From positions 122,016,001-122,080,000 of the forward strand of contig OX597817.1 of assembly GCA_951406725.2 (NCBI GenBank): a stretch of 64,000 nt of DNA. The letters are read 5' to 3'. The DNA comes from Octopus vulgaris. Lineage: Eukaryota. Positions 56,345-64,000 of this stretch are shown piece by piece. How positions within the stretch are numbered: position 1 is the stretch's first letter; every line of letters begins with the position of its first letter. The position numbers were made by a program, and so were the translations under genes. Below the pieces are notes generated by a model. The model saw nothing but the letters and a program-made list of their open reading frames with translations. It made no database searches and was not told the origin of the DNA.

Positions 56345-56448
56345 AAAATATTGGGATATGATAATCCAGAATGATCAAGAACATAAAAAATAAGAACGTC
56401 GGATATTGTTGCCAAGAATAACCTGAAAAGGAAATGCCTCGTTATTGA
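56345..56448 (+). mobile_element. Tiny R4/Dong endonuclease-domain fragment next to (AAT)n
   Basis: WDMIIQNDQ...DIVAKNNLKRKCLVIE resembles ILWD..IQ.D.....RPDIV......C..ID. Confidence 0.6.
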
Positions 56449-57041
56449 AGAACGCTTCCTAACAGCAAAAAAGACATGGCGCATAGAAAACATAAACAAT
56501 AAAAAAACAACCTAATACAACCCACATAACACACATATTTAGCAAACAAACAAAAACACCAAAATGTTAGAAGCAACATCACAAAACCCTATAATGAAGT
56601 AATTTTACAAAACTAGGTTACTGACACTAATCTACAATTTAAAAAAAAAATACAATGTTGCGCACACACATACGCACGTGCAATCACATGCGCGCATGAA
56701 TATATTAGGAATACAGAGATATTCATTGTGGTGTAATAGAAATTATGATAAAGAAGAGTAATAACGTTAGAGACCGTTTTGGTGGGGGACTCTTGGCATC
56801 TATGTTTATATTGAACGTCTAAAGGGTAGAAAGATGCATGAGTTGCGATATAATCCCAATACTTCAAAACGGATGATGTTACCACGAAACACATTTTCTA
56901 TACAACATTGAGACAAAACGCTGAAAAAACACTCAAAAAGTGAAACTGATGTAGTAAACAATCAATGTTGCTGCAGCTCTGCAAAGACTGAGAGGTATAT
57001 CTAGTAGAGCAGTACAATGCTTGTAAACGTTGAAATAGAAT

Positions 57042-57450
57042 AGCGCAGGAGGGCCTGTGTGGTAAGTAACTTGTTTACCAACTACATGGTTCCAGGTTGA
57101 GTCCCACTGCGTAGCACCTTGGGCAAGTGTCTTCTACTATAGCCTCAGGCCGACCGAAGCCATTTGAGTGGATTTGGTAGACGGAAACTGAAAGAAGCCC
57201 GTCGTATATATGTATATATATGTATGTATGTGTCTGTGTTTGTCTGTCTGTGTTTGTCTCCCGAACATCGCTTGACAACCGATGCTGGTGTGTTTACGTC
57301 CACATAACTTAGCGGTCGGGCAAAAGAGACCGATAGAATAAGTACTAGGCTTGCAAAGAATAAGCCCTGGAGTTGATTTGCTCTACCAAAGGCGGTGCTC
57401 CAGCATGGCCACAATCAAATGACTGAAACAAGTGAAAGAGTGAAAAAGAG
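57042..57450 (+). mobile_element. Full-length family B SINE
   Basis: Highly similar along its whole length to 18237-18655. Confidence 0.9.
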
Positions 57451-58304
57451 ATTTAATATATATTTATTATTGCCTCTTAGCAAAGGTTCTATTCGTGTTT
57501 TGCTCTTCTCAAACTTAGAATGCTATGTAGAAATCGAAAATGGTATCTTTCAAAGATGATATTTGATAACATACAATTGTTTTTATTAGTGTGTACGGTT
57601 ATACATTGAAATTAATGTTTTATAAATTTTTCAGTAATTTGTACCATTATCTCGATTGACTAAACGTCTATGGGAAAAGAAAAAATCCACTAGACACGTC
57701 AGTCATCGTCTGAGCAGTATCCTGGTTTTACAATAGCATGATTCAATTAATTCGATAAGCATCTTTACTGACCAACAGCGCGCAGATCTCGATTCATTGG
57801 ATGTGAAGACTATTCGAAAAGATAGCTATGGTCTCAGTTTTCTAACCTCACATATATTTTATTTAACAAAAATAGATCATTCCATATATTTCATTCTTTT
57901 TTATGGCCTTTTAAGTAGATTTTATGGTAAATTTTGAATAACCATTTTTAAAAAATCGTTGTCAATAAATTCTTTGAAACCTACAAGGGGATCCGATTCA
58001 AGCGTCAAATTAATCCTTCTTACTCACCGACTAACTTATTTCCCTTTGTGAACTTTTTAATATATAGATTTACATAATTTTACTTTATTGAAGAGAGTAA
58101 TAAATAAACGTTGATACCATTTATAAATACAATATTTAAATATACTTCAGGTGTACACATACATTAACGGCACATATATTCTGAAAGTTATCCGAATTTA
58201 AACTCGATACATTTTTATTATCTCTCAACTTTACTCGCTGATACCCTCTCACACACACTCGTGCATATGTGTTTGTATGCGTATGGGTGTATGTGTGCAT
58301 GTGT

Positions 58305-58360
<56 letters not shown>

Positions 58361-60319
58361 ACGATTAAAATGCTGATTGATCGATAATTTATAGTGAAAT
58401 TGATAATCAGTAATAACAAGTAAATCTCAGAGACAATTTAGAATATTTAAAACCATGATGTATAACAATATCTCATTTTTATTACTCGCAACAATTACCC
58501 TTTTCCGTTTCTCTAATCTACAAGTCAGTTAATATGACCAAACATAATTATTACAAACAGTTGATACCTAGGAGCGTTTCATTGTAGAAAGAAAATCCTA
58601 CTCGTGAAACGCAAACCATTATTTATTGACTCGGTTTCCTTTCTAGAAATACATTCCTATTTGTTTCAAAATTGGCACCATGACTAAACACATACTCACA
58701 CATAAAATGGCTAAGCTGAATAATAAAAAAATAGTTAAGAGTTATTCATGCATACTCGTATGTAATAGCATAATACACGCATAAGCACGATTAAGATAAC
58801 ACAAGAAGAAATCAATATTTCGCTGATGTTTGGCTTACGACGATTTCTTTTACACTTCCTGATTGATTTAAACATTTGAGCTACGTCTGATATCTAAAGT
58901 AACAGACACCGTGTCTCCTGCCGAAAGTTTGATAAAAAATAAACGTTCTGTTGAAAAAAAAAAGCAAGAAAAGATATCTATCTATCTCAGTCAAGCATAT
59001 TTAGCGATTTGTGATATTAACTCCCATCTAATAAGTAAATACAATTTTCCAATACGAAACCTCGACCACAACCAACAAGCAACTAAAATTGATGTGTTAG
59101 AATGAAAGAAAAAGATAACGAATATTTTTCTTCGTCTTATCTCAATCACATTTTTTAAGGGAATAACAGCAAATTCCTATTTGGTTAAATGACTAACAAG
59201 CTGTATTTTTCAATGTTCTTTTATTGTCGGGGTATTTTTTCCTAATCGAGAGTTGTATCTGCTTCAGTTCTCATTGCAAAATGCCAATGCCTAATAGTTA
59301 ACCTCGTAAAGGCTTTTTTCATAGCCGAATGTAGCATCATACTGTATAATTAACAATTGTTTCGTTAGCTAGGAATACTGAACTGAAACACTTTAATAGT
59401 AGATGGATATCACTCCAGAGTATCTTTCTCAAATCACTACATGATGTATAGCTTGTGACTGATACCAAAATTTCCATATAGATATATTTAGATTTGAACA
59501 TCTCTACTGTAACAGAAGATAGCTTCGAAAGTATCCCATTAACACAATCTGCCATATAAATGTTATTGTTCATAGCCAAGAAATTCTCTTAGATCTTCAG
59601 CAGCTGCAATGCAATAATGTTATCGGAATTTTACTTTTAGTCGATAGACAAGGTATATATGATTATCAAGGCATTAGGGATGCTGGCCATATCTATAAGC
59701 ATAATATATGCATTCAATATATAAAACGAAAATATTGCCTTGCTTTTTTATGAATGCGTTTTGTGTGATGTTAAAAAATATATGATGAAATATACCTGAG
59801 TAGAATACTCTTAATATACTTTTCCTATATACCTTTGCTGTTGAGTCTGAATATTTTAACATCTGGAGTCCTATCACTTTGTATATATTACATAGAATTA
59901 TTGACACACAGTAGAATATATCTAATTAGGTCGTATTCTACAAATTAATCGTTATAGTAATGAAGAAATTCATTAAACAATGAATGACTTGTATATCAAA
60001 AGAAATATGTAGAATCACTAATTACAGTCCTGTGGCATTTGAATCTAATTGAACTAACATTTCGTTTCATCGAATATTTTTTTTCAAAAACAATTTTTGA
60101 AGAAAGGCAGCAGTGTATCAAATCAAAGAAGTTTTGTAATAACTATTTATTTGTCTTGGAATAGAAGTAATTGTCGCAAAATATTTGTCACTATAACTAA
60201 AGTAAAAACTTTTTAGCTACAAGTTTATTTTCAGTTGAGGAAATGATGAAAACACCACCAAAGAGAATAAATAAATAAAGTATTTTATGTACACAACTGA
60301 ACAATTTATTTTAGATATT

Positions 60320-60465
60320 TATTTCAAATTTTGGCTCAAGGCCAGCAAGTTCGAGGAAAGGAGTGTGTTGATTACATCGATCCCAGTGTTGAACTTATTT
60401 TATCGACGTCGAATAGATGAAGGTCAAAGTCGACCTTGGCGGAATTTGAACTCAGAACGTAAAGT
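60320..60465 (-). mobile_element. Partial family A-related SINE
   Basis: ttattttatcgac...gatgaaggtcaaagtcgaccttggcggaatttgaactcagaacgt. Confidence 0.75.
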
Positions 60466-61509
60466 TATTCTAGATATTGACTTGACTGATATATAAATAG
60501 TCTAAAATATCATGCATAGAACTAACTGCATAGAAGATGATTAAGTCTTACAAAATTGGAAATGGCTATAGTTCAATTGCTTAACATGTATTTATAATCT
60601 CTAACATCACTTCAGGATGTGTTAAAAATTTCCTTATAAATTATTAACCGCATCTATACCTAGAGATTATTTTTTTATAGATATAGTTCATACACAGTGA
60701 CTAATTGAGAATGCATTCGATCTTCTGAACATACTGTACTGACACAGAAGGAGACTTAACTAAGTTGAAGTTATGACCCTCCATTAGCCAGGCCCGTATT
60801 ATTTCTCTAGGAAATAAAACCCCAAATGGATTTCAGAGCGAGTATAGAAATATGGTCTTGTAAAGAACTGATTGCTTCGTGTTTTGCTTAGAATGTAGTT
60901 TGCATTTAAAGCCATGATTATTATTCACCCTATAGAAACTTCCTTTCATACATCTTTAATTACAAAAGCTAATAAAAAAATACCTGATAACAGCTCCTTT
61001 CTGTAAATTTCATTCATTGCTTTTACTATCTGTTCATGATTTAAATTGATGAGTGAAAGGAATTCCATATTTCAGAAAAAAAAACAGCGCTAAAAAATAT
61101 TCAATAGAGTAATATCCCAGAATTATTCATCAACCACTTCAATCCTCGATCCATTAATTAAAGGTACATGTACTTCTTTTCACCTAAATCAAATGATGTT
61201 CATAGAACAATGAAATAACTGTTTACATATTCATATCGTTCCATATTTCCCATAAATTTTTTCTCAAACCTGTAAAACGGGAATTTAAGAGTTTTACTCG
61301 AATTAAACCCTATTGTAGTTAACAACGAAGCTGAAAAATATTTAATCATTCGATTTTAAAATACTATGGTGCTCGTAGTAGAGCAAAAGGTTATCTTCTG
61401 AGAAGCAAAAATCGGGAGTGTGATTTCAATCTGTAGTTGAAATAGGCTACCACACACTTCCTAATTTATATCCTTTAAAATGCAAGGAATTTGTAATTAG
61501 TAAAAAAAA

Positions 61510-61850
61510 TGTGGAGGCGCAATGGCTCAGTGGTTAGGGTAGCGGACACGCGGTCGGAGGATCGCGGTTTCGATTCCTAGACCGGACGTTGTGTGTGTTT
61601 ATTGAGCGAAAACACCTAAAGCTCCACGAGGCTACGGCAGGGAGTGGTGGCGACCCCTGTTGTACTCTTTCGCCTCAACTTTCTCTCATTCTTTCTTCCT
61701 GTTTCTTGAGAAACGCTGCGATGGGCTGGCGTCTCGTTTTGCTGGGGGAACACATACGCCACAGAAACCGGGAAACCGCGCCCATGAGCCTGGCTAGGCT
61801 TGAAAATGGCGCATAAATAAATAAATAAAAATAAAAATAAATAATAAATA
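61510..61850 (+). mobile_element. tRNA-derived SINE (family C) with V-domain-like segment and (TAAA)n tail
   Basis: A-box tggctcagtgg, B-box ggtttcgattcc; gcgatgggctggcgtctcgt resembles the V-SINE central motif; AT-rich tail. Confidence 0.85.
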
Positions 61851-62794
61851 TTAAATAATTGTATGACGATAGTATTATGATAGATTTTCTTTTTATCCAA
61901 CATAGCAAATGTCATGCTGTGGTGACTCGTCAGGCTTAGAGAAATGCTTTTGTTGAGACAATTTAGAAGAATTGTTCTGATTGTTTCATAGTCATCCCGA
62001 GAAAGTCGTGAACGCTGTAAAATAGCATTAGCCCACTTAACTAAAATCCATGTGATACAAGTTGAATTCTTTAAGAATACATAAGAAGTATATGTTACTA
62101 TCATTATTTGAAGGAGAATTTCTCATAAAGAAACATTTATAATATATAAGGCAAAAATAGAATACACGCTTGATATTTCTGCTTCATCGTATAATTTAAT
62201 CTCACTAGAACTTTCAATTTTATTTGAAAAACACAAAGTTAAGAAATGACCAACTTAGTGAAGATTTTAGTTTACTAAATAATGTTTAAACAACAAATGA
62301 CAATCAATGATATATAAGTGCTTGAATACAACACTAAACTTATAACATATATAACTATTTTTTAGTTTCAAAGCTGTTAAATATCACATTATGGAAAAGT
62401 AGAATAACTTTAGAATACCTGTATTACTTCATAGACGAGATAACTGAATTATAAATTGATAAATATATTCCACTATATAATCGAATACAATCAATAGATA
62501 ACTTTTGCTTTCAGGAGTTAATTTCAATTTGTCTTGCAAGTTTTAGTGCATAGTAAACTATCCGTTTACCTGTTTGTCTGTCTGCTTTTTTCTCAGTATT
62601 GTCTGAATGTCTTGTCTATATATGTGTATGTATGTATGTTTGTATGTATGTATGTAAGCATGTCATTTTTTTTCAAGACTTCTTACCAATAGTATGTCTT
62701 TAGTGTTTTTCAAGATTTCTTGCCAATAGAGAAAGAATCGGTTTCTAACCTAGAGTCGAGGCTCCTTTATTGAAATTTCAACATCAACAACAGG

Positions 62795-62920
62795 GTATGT
62801 ATGTTTGTATGTATGCATGAATGAATGAATGAATGTATGTATGTATGTATGTATGCATGCATGCATGTATGCATGAATGTATGAATGTATGCATGCATGT
62901 ATGCATGAATGTATGCATGC

Positions 62921-62953
<33 letters not shown>

Positions 62954-63040
62954 TGTATGTATGCATGTATGCATGAATGTATGTATGTATGCATGTATGC
63001 ATATATGTATGTATCCATGTATGTACGTATGTGTGTGTGA
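62795..63040. repeat. Compound (TGTA/TGCA/TGAA)n microsatellite
   Basis: Visible directly. Confidence 0.95.
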
Positions 63041-64000
63041 ACCTGAGGTTTTACAAGAAAAATGGAATTATTACTTGTTCAGTTGAGATAGAAAAATCAC
63101 AAAAGCACTCTTTCTCAAATTCAAACTAATTTTTGCAACTTCATTGCTTTGCTTAGGAAGTGGGGGTAGAACAGTATACATTTTCAGGGTTTCGTCTCGT
63201 ATAGATTAATTTGAAATCGAACTCCAGCAAATTTCTCGCTTAAAATACGGTTTCCGTATAGGCTGTGTAACTTGTGGTAGTTATGTAACTGTAGTTTCTA
63301 CGTTAAATTCACAAGGCAATAAAAATGTATCATTATCAGAAGTACCAGAAATTCGCAGCATTAAATTATCGTACCAACAACATTTTTTTCTTTTCAAATC
63401 AAATCGAATCGAATATAGATTATGCATATTGGATGATATAAGGTGATGATGTTGATACAAAATACCCACTATAAAAATTTACACACATCATTGATAATAT
63501 TGATTTTATCCATCGATACACACACACACGCACATAATTACACACACATAAACACACAAATATATAGGTGAGTCTAAGATTAACGATAACATGCTTTATA
63601 GATTTTTCATTTAACTATATATTATATAACTATATAATATATATATATAAATGCGTATTGCTCTTATAAATGAGAAGAAACATGAATAAATAGTATATCT
63701 CCAAACAACTTCAACCATGCTTTCGAATTAGCAGCTTATGTATTTAGTACTCTGTTACGTAAAGTTATGCACTTTTGCCTCATTGTTCGAAACTTCACTT
63801 CACTATTGCGCTTGGAAAAAGTATCCATTTTTCGAATTTTAATTCCGTTTGCTTATGTGAAAGACTTCTCGCCCGAAACGTTAGATTTTCTTCTCTTCTT
63901 TCTTATTACGTATTTTCTTTCTATTTTAATGTGTAACATAACATCGCTAAACAGTAGATGTGAGCAATATTCTAAGTTTAATATTTATAGTCTACATGGA

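Noticed and set aside
61514-61590. tRNA gene candidates (also 42099-42173, 26207-26270, 18237-18305)
   Set aside because: A/B boxes are present but cloverleaf pairing is broken and each continues into a SINE body; these are SINE heads, not tRNAs.
63855-63886. cccGAAACGTTAG half-core (similar minus-strand GAAACGT at about 27730 and 38360)
   Set aside because: The upstream CTGANGA is missing or unrecognisable.

Overview
AT-rich, repeat-dominated eukaryotic DNA. The mix of tRNA-derived SINE families, abundant (TA)n/(TG)n/(GATA)n/(AAT)n microsatellites and R4/Dong LINE fragments looks like octopus (coleoid cephalopod) intronic or intergenic sequence; this taxon call is an inference from repeat content. 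I find no intact protein-coding gene. Almost all ORFs in the track are microsatellite read-through or decayed retroelement frames. Supported content: several restriction-like-endonuclease LINE fragments (R4/Dong-like, mostly in AAT repeats, plus one HERO-like), two CR1/L2-like fragments, at least four SINE families including one nested insertion, a likely non-autonomous Helitron, faint BEL/Pao and Gypsy remnants, and several fold-back elements. Most interesting observations: (1) fold-back elements carrying Penelope-type minimal hammerhead ribozyme motifs, one with a tRNA-derived Pol III head and a 13-bp target-site duplication (41895-42475) and one with a GAAAC-AGCT-GTC core and long stem II (41195-41292); (2) a polypyrimidine-AG|GTAAGA recursive-splice-site-like motif with a 61-nt exon on the minus strand (14686-14746); (3) two independent insertions of one SINE family whose TSDs both begin with GGTAATT; (4) a hammerhead-like motif set in non-canonical order in the HERO-like 3' UTR; (5) a 160-bp palindrome. 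All structure calls are by eye and untested.
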